Notes under the pieces: generated by a model
What the model was told of the DNA's origin: nothing
Databases searched by the model: none
What the model saw: only the letters and a program-made list of their open reading frames with translations
Shown: positions 26,956-39,000 of the stretch, in pieces
How positions within the stretch are numbered: the stretch's first letter is position 1
How the letters are laid out: each line of letters starts with the position of its first letter
Program-made: the position numbers and the translations under genes
Source of the DNA: Sphagnum compactum
Taxonomy: Eukaryota
DNA: 64,000 bases
NCBI GenBank assembly: GCA_965153455.1
Contig: OZ234494.1
Location: forward strand, 12,586,001-12,650,000
Direction of reading: 5' to 3'

Positions 26956-27759
26956 GAAAACACACTACGGCCCCCAAGAATTGTAATCACAAACATAGAA
27001 ATTATGCATTTGGTTTTTTTGGGTACATGTGGACATCACATCTTGGATTATTTTTATTCATTTCAAGTATATTGCATTAGCTTTAAACTTAAAATAATTT
27101 ATTTAAAAAGAAACTCCAACAATTATAAATTTGAACATATGAAGTATATTTGTGTCAATATAAATATCATGGAGTTTGAAAAATTGCAAATATACTTCAA
27201 AACTAAGGTTATGGGTGGAATTTTTTAATGAATTTTTTAGTGATGAATGATATTGATATACATCAACTAAATCTAAGACCATTTAGAAGTTAATTTTTTT
27301 TGATTGAAAATCTATTAACAAATTTGTTTGTTTTGCACTTTTGGAATAAGAAATGCATAATTTAAATTCATATTTTTGAGAAAAAACCATAACTTTAAGA
27401 AAAAGGAGGAGATTTTATAGGTGGGCATTGTATTATTTTTTCATTTTTCTTTGGTTTGGTAATGTGTCATGAACCACAAACATGAGGCCCTACGGCTATT
27501 GAAAAAGTTTATGTTATATACTTTATGCATATTGATTTTATCTAATCCTCTTCATCTAGCCATTGGATCAAACTTAATTTTGATTCAAAATGAGCTTTGA
27601 GTTTGAAAATGTTGTCATGCACATTTGAAAGTTTTTTTTTTAATGTTTAGGATTTTAAAAAGATGCCAATAAGATTTCAACTTACCACATACCTATCATA
27701 CTTGTTATTAATCACTTTTTTTTGGTGAAAAGTGGTTCACCCATAATGTGTTTTCACCC
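26956..27759. mobile_element. MITE of the GGGTGAAA-TIR family nested in the Helitron
   Basis: The right end CCATAATGTGTTTTCACCC matches the right TIR of the 13463 element. The left end GAAAACACACTACGG matches 13/15 but has lost the terminal GGGT. Confidence 0.6.
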
Positions 27760-28573
27760 AAAACATACATTCCCAAAAAAAATGTAGTTTATTAAGACAT
27801 TTAAAAGTTTCTAATAAATATGTCATGACCTTTTGAAGTAATCGTGCAACATAAAGGAATATGACAAAATTTATGGAAGCATCAAGTTTGTTTTTCATTC
27901 TAAATCCCACATTCATTCATCATTATTTATTAGCAGTTTTAAGTGAACAAAACATAAACCTTGATTTATTCTATGATAAAAATATGATAACAAAAAATGA
28001 ATGATGCAAATATGTAATGAGAAATCCAAAAGTTCAAGCTATATTTGTATACATTATTGTTTAATGTTATCTTCAAATATATGTTACAAGTAAAAAACAC
28101 AAAAGAGTTATCTAACAACAATGTTAGTGTTTTCAATCACACAAAAGCTCATTATGGATGTTACAAAATTACAAAAAATGGTAACTTACATATCCACACA
28201 TTATTTTGGTTTAACGATTATAAGATCCTAACACACGTATATATAAACATTGCATGATGATGAAATTTTTTTAACAAAATATGATTAATTATTTAAATGG
28301 TATAATTACATGAGACATGAATCAATATAAATCATGTCCAATAATGACAAAGAAAAATTACATTGATGACAATCTTGATAACATTTGCACCACAAGGCCA
28401 CTAGATCCCAAAAAAAATTCCTTTACAAAATTATTCCAAAATGACATTTATAAGCTAATGAACATATGTAATTAACATGTATGTAATACAACACACTACA
28501 AAACAAATCCTGATACATTAAGAAAAACTATCCCTTTCAACTTTTAATCAATGAAACTCATTTTAACGTTGAA

Positions 28574-29309
28574 GGGTCACAATTTACTTGAGTTTCCAAT
28601 TTTTATTATGTATTTGTAGCCTTTCAGTATTTCCAAATGCTAGAAAAAATTTACACATTTCCACTAACTTTCCCACTTTGGGTTCAAATATATGAAAATT
28701 ATTGGTATTTTATGAAAAGATTTCATATTTTATGGGTATTTTAAAAATCTAGGGCCCTTTATAAACCATATGGCTATAACTTTAAGAAGATTAATTCCAA
28801 ACATGAAAATATAGGTGTCACTAATATACCTCCTTGTTAACACCTTCAAAATTGGTTTCATACCATTTCCTAATAAAATAAGGTGTTTTCCTATGTGGAA
28901 AATTTTCAACAGTTTCAGAAGGATCCAAATACACAAGTTTGCATAGTCATTATTAATGGATGGGCCTAAAAATTGGTGAAAGGATGCTTCTAATGGATAT
29001 TGATGAAAATACACCAATTTCTTTTTTCAAAAAAATAGTTATAAACATAAAAGTTCCATACATGTATGAGATGTTATTTTGTGGGACATACATTTGGTGT
29101 TTCTACAATACTACCAAAATACCATGTATATTCATATTATGGATATGTCTCAACATTTTTGTGATGTGTTTGTTGCATATTACATTATTGCAATTTCAAA
29201 TTTTTATTAAAAAGCACCTAACATTGCATTATATGTTATTTTGTTCAAAAAAACACACAAAAAGCTAGATTGGACAATATTTTCTAAACATTTAGGCAAA
29301 CCATGACCC
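28574..29309. mobile_element. MITE (736 bp) with GGGTCA termini and a 4-bp TSD TGAA, nested in the Helitron
   Basis: TGAA|GGGTCACAATTTACTTGA ... TTAGGCAAACCATGACCC|TGAA. All TIR mismatches are transitions. Removing the element plus one TGAA restores the frame ETHFNVEMRLLHK. Confidence 0.75.
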
Positions 29310-32129
29310 TGAAATGAGACTTTTACACAAAATTATTTGATAAATGGTCAAATAATTCAAATCCATGGATATTATTAACTTCAAGATGTAATCATGATTT
29401 GAAATTTATAGTAGCCTCTACCAAAGACAACAAATCATTGATTTTTTACATCATGAAACATTTATTTACACTTCAAATGTGTATTCCTTTTTGTGAATTG
29501 TAGTACAAAAAACTAAAACAATACATGAAAACCCAAATAATAACTATAATTCGATTGACAAAAGTTGATGTCTCCTCACATGTTATTTAAATACAATAGG
29601 AAATCAACAAGAAATATTAGCAATTAGAATAACTAATTACTAATTGAACTTACCAAGTCACATAACTGATAAATGATTTCATATACATACCTTGGTATAG
29701 TTTGTTAGCATCAGCAAATGAACAAGAAAAAATCAAAATCTCCAAAATGAAAATGATAATGACATTGATGACAATTATGAGACTTTTGTGTAGTTGACAA
29801 AAACTCATTGAAAATCAACAATATATCATACAAAATTTTAGGGTCAATTACCAATAGAGATATATCACTTTAATTATCTATGTCCACATGAGTTTTTTTA
29901 ATAACATAAAGAATCAAAAGACGTAAATAGATTATTGAAAATAAAATCAACACAACTTAAATTTGATAAAGAAGATAGAAGAAAAATCAATAATGAATCC
30001 TTTTTATGATGATGATATTGAAAATGAATTCCAACAAAATATCCATGACATAAAAGAACAAAACATATATATATAAATAGAACTCAGGCATGAAGAAATA
30101 GAAATTAAATATCTATTATGTAACACAAGTACTACAACCCATGTAATTAAAATAATAAAACATTTAGAAACAATGGAAATAAAATGCAAAATGAAAATAT
30201 CAATAATCATAATGTGAATTTCATTATCAAACCTCAAGCTTTGATCAAATAATGGAATCAAAATTTGAAATCCACAAATATTAAACCTTGATGAATCAAC
30301 ACCAAAAATGTCACATACATATTCAAACACAACTTATACAAATGATAATACAAAACCTAAACTACACCACTTACCATTTAATGACATGCAATCATATGAT
30401 ATTGAAAATGAACATAAAAACATAACCTTGATTGATGAAACAAATATTTATTCACCATTACACATTAAAAACATCATAAAAAAAACATACAAATTAAATA
30501 ATTTACAAGCCATTTCATTTGAAAATTTTATTGCAAGTACAAAAAAATCAATTATTACAATATTTAGGAAGAATTGTAGGTATTAGTCAAACACAAATAA
30601 TTAGAGTTATCCAAGAATATTTTTTGAAAATGGGAAAAACAACAAATTTTTTAAGTTATAACATACCCTGTGGATGCAAGTGTATTAATAAATGCAATAA
30701 TAATACATTTTTATTGGGATTATTGATTGATAAATACACAACTATAACCAAACCTAAGTCAATCATAGACATATGGCCAAATATCTAGCTCATCATTATT
30801 GATAAAATATCCATGGTAGGTTACATTATGCTTGCCACAATACACTTAAATCTACAAAAATTAAAATCTAACATTTTACCATTTGGAGGAATCAACATAA
30901 TGTTCATGGGAGGTTTTTTATAATTTCCACCAATCAATGACACACCATTATATTTAACAAATATATAATTGATTTTTACATTCACAAAGTTAGCACAAAA
31001 AAAATTATAGGTATAAATTTTTGGGAAAATTACATTCGACCAAATAATATTGTTTTAATGGAACAAATGAGACAAACAAAGACATTCAATATGTTACCCT
31101 TTTAGAAAACCTTCGAATAAAAGATATTTTAAAATTAAATTTTGACTTATTAAAAAGCCATTTTTTATTCAATTTAAATGTCAACTTATTTGATGATTCA
31201 TGGAGGATAACAAATTTTATAGTTCCTTGTACAATGAATTATGAAATGCCATAATCCATTACATGATAAATATCCATTCAAAAACATCAAAACAAAAATG
31301 TTACACTATTGTTGCAATTAACACGTACAAAAAAAAGTCCAATATGTAATGATATCAAATACATTATAAGAGAAACATTCCACGAGTAAAACTCAATGTT
31401 TAACACCTTTCCTTAAAATCTATATTATACTAAAACTCATTATAATGGAAATTTTATATCCTAAGCTAAGAATTATAAATGGAAGCATTGGATACATAGA
31501 AAATGTCCTTCACGGAATCTGAATGGATACAAAAAAATGTTACAATGCATCCGCTCATAAATGTTTTAGTGAATTTGAACGATTTCATAGAAAAGATATA
31601 TAATTACAAAACATAAAACTAGAAGGCATTCCTAAAAATGTCATACCAATAATACCCATATCAAGGAGTTTCCAATATCACCATTACATATCGGAATCAA
31701 ACACCTCCAAAACATTCACAATCACTAGATATTAATTGCCTCTTGCCCTAACTTTTGTTTCACATACTTTAGAACACAAGGACTAACATTGGACAACTTA
31801 ATTATAGACCTTTGGCAACCACCTAACAATATGCATTTAAATATGCACAACATATATGTAATCTTATCACATCTAGAATCCATAGATGGATTCATAATCT
31901 TATGAAATATTACTATTGAAGACATATGCAAAGCTAACTTAAAAAAGGATTGCTAGAAATGTTGGAACCTATTTCAAAGCATAATATAACCAAAAACATC
32001 CAAAATAGTTATCCACTGATATTTTATAAAGAAAACGACAAACATTTAATTATGATCGATGATTCAAATGATTACAATATCATTGATTATTGGCATGAAG
32101 AATTCTAGTTAATTAAAAAGTGATGAATT

Positions 32130-32630
32130 CTTTTTTCCAATCCAAATGGATGGTTGAATGACAACATTTGACAACCACAATGCAAATATTGTATGTTCAA
32201 AAACTATAATTGTTAGGATATCAACAACACACATACACAATCATGGGAACTATACATAGATACGGAACCAATTTTTTTCAAAATGTTTTCATAAATAATA
32301 ATCATTGGATCTTAGTCCAAATACATGCATCCACACTAGACCTACATTACACAATATATGATTTGAACACACTGACAATGAAAAAAATACTAAATGACAC
32401 CATCCAATCACTAACTAACATTAGAAATGTAAAACATTTCCTATATTCATATGCAAATATCATGTAACAACTAGATGGTTCATCTTGTGGACTTTTCACA
32501 ATAACATATGCAACCAATATAACATTCGAACTCAACCCAGAACAATCTATTTACAATGTGCCATAAATGCGATTGCATTTGCATAACAACATAAATAATA
32601 AAACTATATCTCCATTCTCCAAAATACTTG
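32130..32630 (+). pseudogene. Ulp1/SENP-like (C48) cysteine protease remnant downstream of the Helitron helicase
   Basis: PNGWLNDNI, QNVFINNNHWILV (His-Trp at 32303-08), IYD, then in frame across TAA: *QLDGSSCGLFTITYA...NPEQSIY...*MRLHL...ISPF (Cys at 32486-88). Confidence 0.75.
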
Positions 32631-34588
32631 GATTCAAACAGATTACAAAAATAAAATGATTGATTATCATTAGTAGTGCATAGTAATGCAGAGCCCAACC
32701 AAAATGATTCAAAAAACATATTAAGCTTATAGAAGCCTTGGGTTAATGTAATCAAGCATTAATTTCAAACAATTGCTTATGAAATTATTTACAAAGAAAC
32801 AAAAAGCTTAATAACCCTTGGGTTAACCACCTGTCAACTCCGCCCTTCAAACCGCTTCAAACCTCCTATTCCCATTGCCAACTTGTTACTTGAGCCGATT
32901 GTAGACTTGTTACACTTGGCAATTGGTAGTTGAGTTAGGATCTCCAATCAATGATATTTTTGATGAATTCTTAATTTTTTTCCTACCTGCATAATATGAC
33001 TTCAGGAATATAGAAGGATCCATTTAAAAGAAATTTCATCTTGGTTTAAAATTAGTATCTCCACCATGTGACTTGTAGAAATTCAACTGGGACTTCTTAA
33101 GTCTTCTCCTCAACTTAAGTTTTTCCACTTGCTCTCCAAACAGGTTTCTTCACTAATAAAGTTTTGCAGGGTTAATATATATTTATATAAGAATTCTCAA
33201 GCTTATGTTTCAGCCATAGACAGCCAGCAAGCAAGAAGACAAGAACAAAGAGACTAAATTCATAAGAAATGAGCAACATAAAAAAAACTTGATTCATTCA
33301 AGGTTACAAGCATTAAAACCCTCACTGTAGTTGAACACCCAATACACTTGTACCCCTTTTCTGTGTTGAATTTTAAACTCTTGGCCATATGCTTCAACAA
33401 AATGGGTTTGAACCATAACAAACCCTAAACCCTTTGAAAAACCATAATTGGACGTTCTTTGATTCTGAAAATTTTCAAAAACCCAAAACCAGAGGTTCTG
33501 TGACCCTACAAATTTTGGAAAAAATCAAAACCACAGGTTTTTTTTCAATTTAAAAAAACATGTAATGTTTGATTAAATGTCATTTGATCCCTTAACCCTC
33601 AAATTATTCCCTAAATGTTTTTCGGCTGGTGGATCTAACCCATTGTGAGTTATGTAATGGCCGAGGAGTGGGGCATTCTGAGAGTAAGGGCTTGGCTTGC
33701 CCAAGGTGGAGCCAAGGGGGGCCTTAGTTGGGAGATGCCTTGCTCCAAGGGTGTTGCCTGACATATAAGGAATGACAACTTGTTGTTTTGGATGTTCTTT
33801 TCACCCATGATACCCCATGAGAAGTGTTGGTCATTTAGCTTGAATTCTCTCATCTTTTTCACCTCTATGATGTGGTCGGGCCGGTCCATTCCCCTACCAC
33901 CCAACCAAGGTTCTCCAATTGCAATATAAGCTATTTTGGAGGATACCCAAGTTGTGGAATTTGGTACCCGAATCCCAAATTCAAGTGTACGTACACAGAT
34001 GCAATGCTTCAAGCTCTCCCCCCCCCCACCCCAATGCGTGACTCAAATTCAATGTTCATAGTGGGGACACCAAATAAGTTCAAAACTTTTTTAGTGATGG
34101 GCCTCATTGTATGGCCCCTCACACTTTGGATACTCCCCCAAATAGAATATCATAGTACCTTTACCATTCTCGGCATAAATTAAATTATTTTTTATTTTGT
34201 CCAAATTTTGAGAATTATTTCCTATTTGTGCCAAAATTTTAATAAAATAAAAGTTTTCTCTGTCAGGTTTGAACCCCAGACCTTCAAGGTCAGCAACTTA
34301 ATACGGGGACATAATATCAATAACATTGTGTTTATAATTTTCTATAGTCATTACCTGTTGAAATTTCAGAATTAAAAAACCAAGTGTCAAAGTTAAGATT
34401 TAGAATTTAATTAATTATTCGACAGTCTGTTGCTCAAATGGCAAAGGTACTACAGTAATGGTAGTCTTGCCTTTTGGCCTAGCTACATGGGTCATAAGAG
34501 GAGAACTCTGGGAGAAGGTTATCCCAAAGAGAGTGCACTTCCTGGATGCTTGCTTGCTGCCCTTAGAGCATCTCCAGCGGTGCTCAAT

Positions 34589-34755
34589 ATGTGACCCTGC
34601 GAAAATATTTTTCACATCCAAGTTTAGTTATGTACTCTTTTGCAACCTCAGAAATAAAACTGAAACTGGAACAGCAAATAAGTGGGGGACTACTGATAGA
34701 AAACCACCTGGACCAATCATTATGATGAGCCAATCCGAAACACTGAGCAGCAGTT
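34589..34755 (+). repeat. Dispersed repeat copy (homologous to 19470-19630)
   Basis: Direct alignment by eye with the 19.5-kb copy. Confidence 0.8.
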
Positions 34756-35184
34756 AGATCATGTTTATTACACTTTTTTCTGCAGGTTCACAGGCCTGCT
34801 TTGCCGTTTACCAGCCACGGCACCAGTGCACAATTGTGGTGAGCCAAACTGGCATATGTTGGATTTTCTTCATCCAATTTTATTGTGCAGGATCACATAC
34901 CGAGCACTGCTGGAGATGCTCATTAGCTGCGGAGAATTGATATTCCTCATCGTGTTCATCATGGTTTTCTTGGCTAAGCTAATGGCAGGGGCATGAATTG
35001 TGGGGTCTATGTTGAGTTCACGAAACAGAAGTGTAACATTTGGTGAGGTAGTAGTTGGCAAGTAACCAATTGTGGGGTCATGATTCTGCTGCACTAGGAT
35101 GTTTTCATTGTTGCTTGTTGTGTAGGTGGTCTCAAATGTACTTGTGTTCTTAGAGGAAGTTGACATGTTCCACCTGAGGCAATG

Positions 35185-35420
35185 ATCTTCCCTGCAAAAG
35201 AAGAGTGAACAAATTATAGCAATGAAGATGGTCGCCGTGTGTCAGAGATCTTCTTCCCTGCACAAGAACAGTCCACAAACTATAGCAATGAAGATGGCCA
35301 CTGGGTTAGAGAGCTTCCTTCCCTACACAAGAACAGTGCACAAACTATGGCAAATGAAGATGGCCACCGAGTCAGAAATCTTCCATGAACAACAACAGTG
35401 CACAAACTATAACAATAGAG
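35185..35420 (+). repeat. ~65-bp tandem repeat, about 3.5 copies
   Basis: Unit CTTCCCTGCACAAGAACAGTGCACAAACTATAGCAATGAAGATGGCCACCG. Confidence 0.85.
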
Positions 35421-36849
35421 AGGGCCATGATTCATTGCACATGCTACAAAAAAAAGAAAGAAAGAAAAGGAAAACAAAGGCACCAACACTGCATGATATA
35501 GATCCCTTACACACTAAGAATGTAATGTGTAGAGGAAGGAACCTCACACTAGGGGGTTACATTACTGACCTAATTTGAATCTGTCAGCTTGGAGGCACCT
35601 TGCAGATTTGTAAGGAATCTGCAAGGGGCCTTCGAGTTTAGGTGGAAGATTACACTTTGTTACGGTATCTATAGATACAAATGAAAAATCAGGTCAAGTT
35701 TTGTGAGGAAGAACTAGACTCTTGCACATGCTTTCTGAAAATTCCTCATCTAAGAATCTAATGAATAGATATATGTGTTCAGAGGCATGCAACCCAAAAA
35801 TTTAAAACCACCCAACACAGCCTCTACACAGGTAATTAAATGTGTAGTGTAAAGCCCCAGTGTGTGGCTATTCCCTGAATAAGGGGTTTAGGACAAGGTG
35901 GTAGATGAATTTGGCCCAGCACATTGGGTATGTTCCAGTGTTGGGCGGGTATGTTCATTTCAACAAACCAGTTGGGTACATGTCTGTAGATTCATTCAAT
36001 GTGTACATTGGGTATGAAAATGAATGTTAAATATTTTTTTGAAGTTTACATATCAGGTAGGTATGATTAATGACTGGCATGTTTTAATGGGATCTTGGGT
36101 ATGAGTATGAATGCCCAAGATCATGATACCAGATGGTATCATATATGCATTTGGTATTGAATATTCTCTTTTAAAAAATGAATCTCAATCTACTTGAAAT
36201 GAAAAAACACTGTCTTTCAGCAAAGCCATAGAGGCGCATTTATTAGGTTGTGCATGAACACTTTGTTGGAAGAACATATTTTGAATACATAAGAACAAAT
36301 TAATCCTCTTAATGTGTTTGACAAAGATCCAACTTATGGGTGTCTTTAGCTTTAAAAAATCTAAGGCCCTTGTGAGAAGTGTTCACGAGGGGCAAAAAAA
36401 ATGTTTACTTTGTTCACAAGGGCAAGAGTGACTCCCATGCCAAATTGCTCAAATTCATTCCATTCTAGCAATGTTGGCCATGAAACCAATACATTGATCC
36501 AAAAAATAAATTACTAATAGCTAACTACTCAAATCCATTCCATTTTGACGACATTAGCCATGATAACAATCCATCTACCTTGAAGACTATTAAGAGCCAA
36601 CTCTTGTTCATATTTCAATGTTGTAGTTTGAAAGAAAGTTCAAAACATTTGAAACAAGATAAGACACATGTTTGAAAACTAACTACATAAATCCCTTAAA
36701 CTTGTTCAAATGAAAAAATAAAAATTAAAAGACCATGTTATGGATACTCACCATGCATCTTCATAAAACCTTACGTCAACCAATAGTTATTCATTATCAT
36801 CGAAGAGAGCATCGTAAGTCGCAAAAAAATCTGAGGTAGATCTTTCCAC

Positions 36850-39000
36850 CATTTTGTAATCCAATTTTGCATTGTTGGGCCAATATATGTAAATGAACAC
36901 CAATTTTTCTAGATTTTCTACCCCTAATCATCATCTTTTCAAATTAGTAAAGATACCCATCACATTAAATATCCTTTCAATTTCTCTTTTAGAGCCTACA
37001 ATATTAATTGTTTGTTGTGATAAACACCCAACATGTGGAAATTGTGGTTCATGAACTTTCCACCATGAGAATAGACTTGCAATTTCAACAATATTGAAAG
37101 ATGTATGATGAAAAAGTGAAAGTTTAGATGCCAACAAACTTTCACTTGCTTCTTTAATGGTGGTAATCACACTAAACAATGAGTCTTCTAATGAGACTAT
37201 AATTTGTCATGGAGGGGTCTGAAGGCCTCTCAAGATGCAATTGTTTGTAGGCTTTAGCCAAGAGAAGAAGCAAGATCCTCTAATAATACTCATCCACCAT
37301 CTCCAAAGCCATGTTTGAGCTATTGAGGTACTTGGTCACAATTTACAACCCTTTGAACCTTGGATCAAACATTAAAGCAAGCATGTCGTGTGCTTTTTTT
37401 CATGAAAAAGTGGTCACAAATGAAAGGAAGGGTTGTAATACTTTCAATTGTTCAATAGGCATGCAACAATACAATATGGTCAATTCTTGCTCAAATGTAC
37501 TACATTACAATGGTGGTTGATTGGCATTTCTTGCAGCACATTCTATTTGCATATGCACAACTATTATCATTATAGCCTCCAATGCATTTAATAGAAGCCA
37601 ATACCCCCTTGTTTGGTTTATGATGCATTGATGAACAATAGGAGCAATACATTCATAAACAATCCCTACCAAAGCCCAATTCTACCTACTTGGAACCCTA
37701 ACCTGTAAAACTTGAGTTTGACATAACATATGTTAATGGTATTAACACATGCAAGTGTATTTTGAAACAACACAACCTTGGGTGTAAATCTAGTCTTCAT
37801 GGGAATTTTCAATTTCTCTTTTGGCAAAAAACTTCCACACATGCCTTCTCCCACTCTAGCAACCTCTTCTATGATTCTTTTGTCCATGTTATAATGGATT
37901 GAAGATAGGACTAGACACCTTTCAAATTAAGTTCATGCATCCCATTACAAACTTGGTCATGGTTAGTGGCATATTGACATGCCTTTGACATAACATGTCC
38001 AAAGCAAGTCCTAAGGTAAGGTGTGTCAAGCTGCAATGAATCACAATTTAGAATTGAGGTCAAAGCTACAACTAATTAAAGTATTCAAATTTCCTCCTTC
38101 ATCCTTTACATATGTAATAATTTTGTTTGTGATATTGAACTCAACTACTAGTGACTTCACATGGATGGTTAAAGTAGCACATGATGTATCTCTAGCTTGA
38201 AAACATGCAACAATAACATTGCAAGGGACCCATTGGTCATCAATGAAGTGTCACATCCTAATTTGTACATCCATAGATTAAAAGAGGTTGTGGTTGTGGC
38301 ACATTTTGCAATAGTTGGTAAGTCATATTTTTCCATTATCTTTGCAAGCATTGTCGACAAATGTTCATTTATTAATTGTTTCTGAGATGGAAAAACACAC
38401 TTATAATCACAATGTAGAACCCAACATGTAGGAAAGGGTTTTCCAAAACAAATAAATGCACATATCCTTTTGCTACCATCAAAACACGATCCTTTAGAAA
38501 TCTTTGTTAGTTTAAAACAATTTTATAGTAATCCTTTTAAACATTTTTGCCTTCTTACAACCATCCCTAGACCCTTTTGTAATTGCCACTTCTAGTTTAT
38601 ATCGTGTTAAAGTAGTTGCATGTTCATTTTCCACATGCTTCTTCATCACTACTACAAAATGTGGGTGCAATTCACTAGTCCCCCTTCACTACACCAGTGA
38701 ATTCACTACTTCTTCATTAGTCCCTATTCACTACAACCAGTGAATTCACTCAAAATCCAGTGAAATCACTTGGCGTACACGAACACCTTTTGCTGTAGTG
38801 CATGTTGCCGATGCTATGCTTTGGGTTGTAGGTAATAAAACTTTTTTGGTCTCTTGTGTTGTTAGAACTTTCAAAGCTTTGAGCCCTTCCATTTCCATGG
38901 CATATGACACACCTCATGCTTTAAATTTCATGCACATCAACAATAGCTCTATAATCATTCAAAACAAAAAAGGCCATGTAACAAATTTGCGATGGTGAGA
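36850..39000 (-). pseudogene. Decayed hAT (Ac/Tam3-type) transposase, near full length
   Basis: BED-finger-like W.FF ... GNMKKHVENEH, TTSFNLWM, YVKDEGGNLNTL, CFGHVMSKACQYA, KLKIPMKTRF, MLALMFDPRFK, and the dimerisation domain SWWKVHEPQFPHVG.L..Q...IVGS..EIERIF. Confidence 0.88.
38647..38800. mobile_element. 154-bp miniature CACTA (En/Spm) element with 3-bp TSD CAT
   Basis: CAT|CACTACTACAAAATGTG ... CACCTTTTGCTGTAGTG|CAT; interior made of AGTGAATTCACT-type subterminal repeats. Excision restores GNMKKH of the hAT BED finger. Confidence 0.92.

Larger units (their letters stand above)
25300..31950 (+). mobile_element. Decayed Helitron Rep-helicase (DUF6570 + Helitron_like_N/Rep + PIF1 helicase), group-2/Helentron-like, with three nested insertions
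   Basis: Motifs in order: IPKLALSN/PPMLPKLKMVEK (~25330), NQHAFKGNLVSFAQN (~26113), SLFFILNP (~27885), HUH motif YGCYKITKNGNLHIHTLFW (~28150), NNSNPWI and KSLIFYI (~29350-29450), Walker A-like QYLGRIVGISQTQII (~30560), LIIIDKISMVG (~30790), PFGGINIMFMG.FL*FPPI, EQMRQ, INGSIGYI, TQGLTLDNLIIDL and YVILS. Many stops and frameshifts. Confidence 0.88.

Noticed and set aside
34255-34320. tRNA or SINE-like B-box (GGTTCAAACC on the minus strand)
   Set aside because: No convincing A-box, acceptor stem or cloverleaf; at most a degenerate tRNA-derived fragment.
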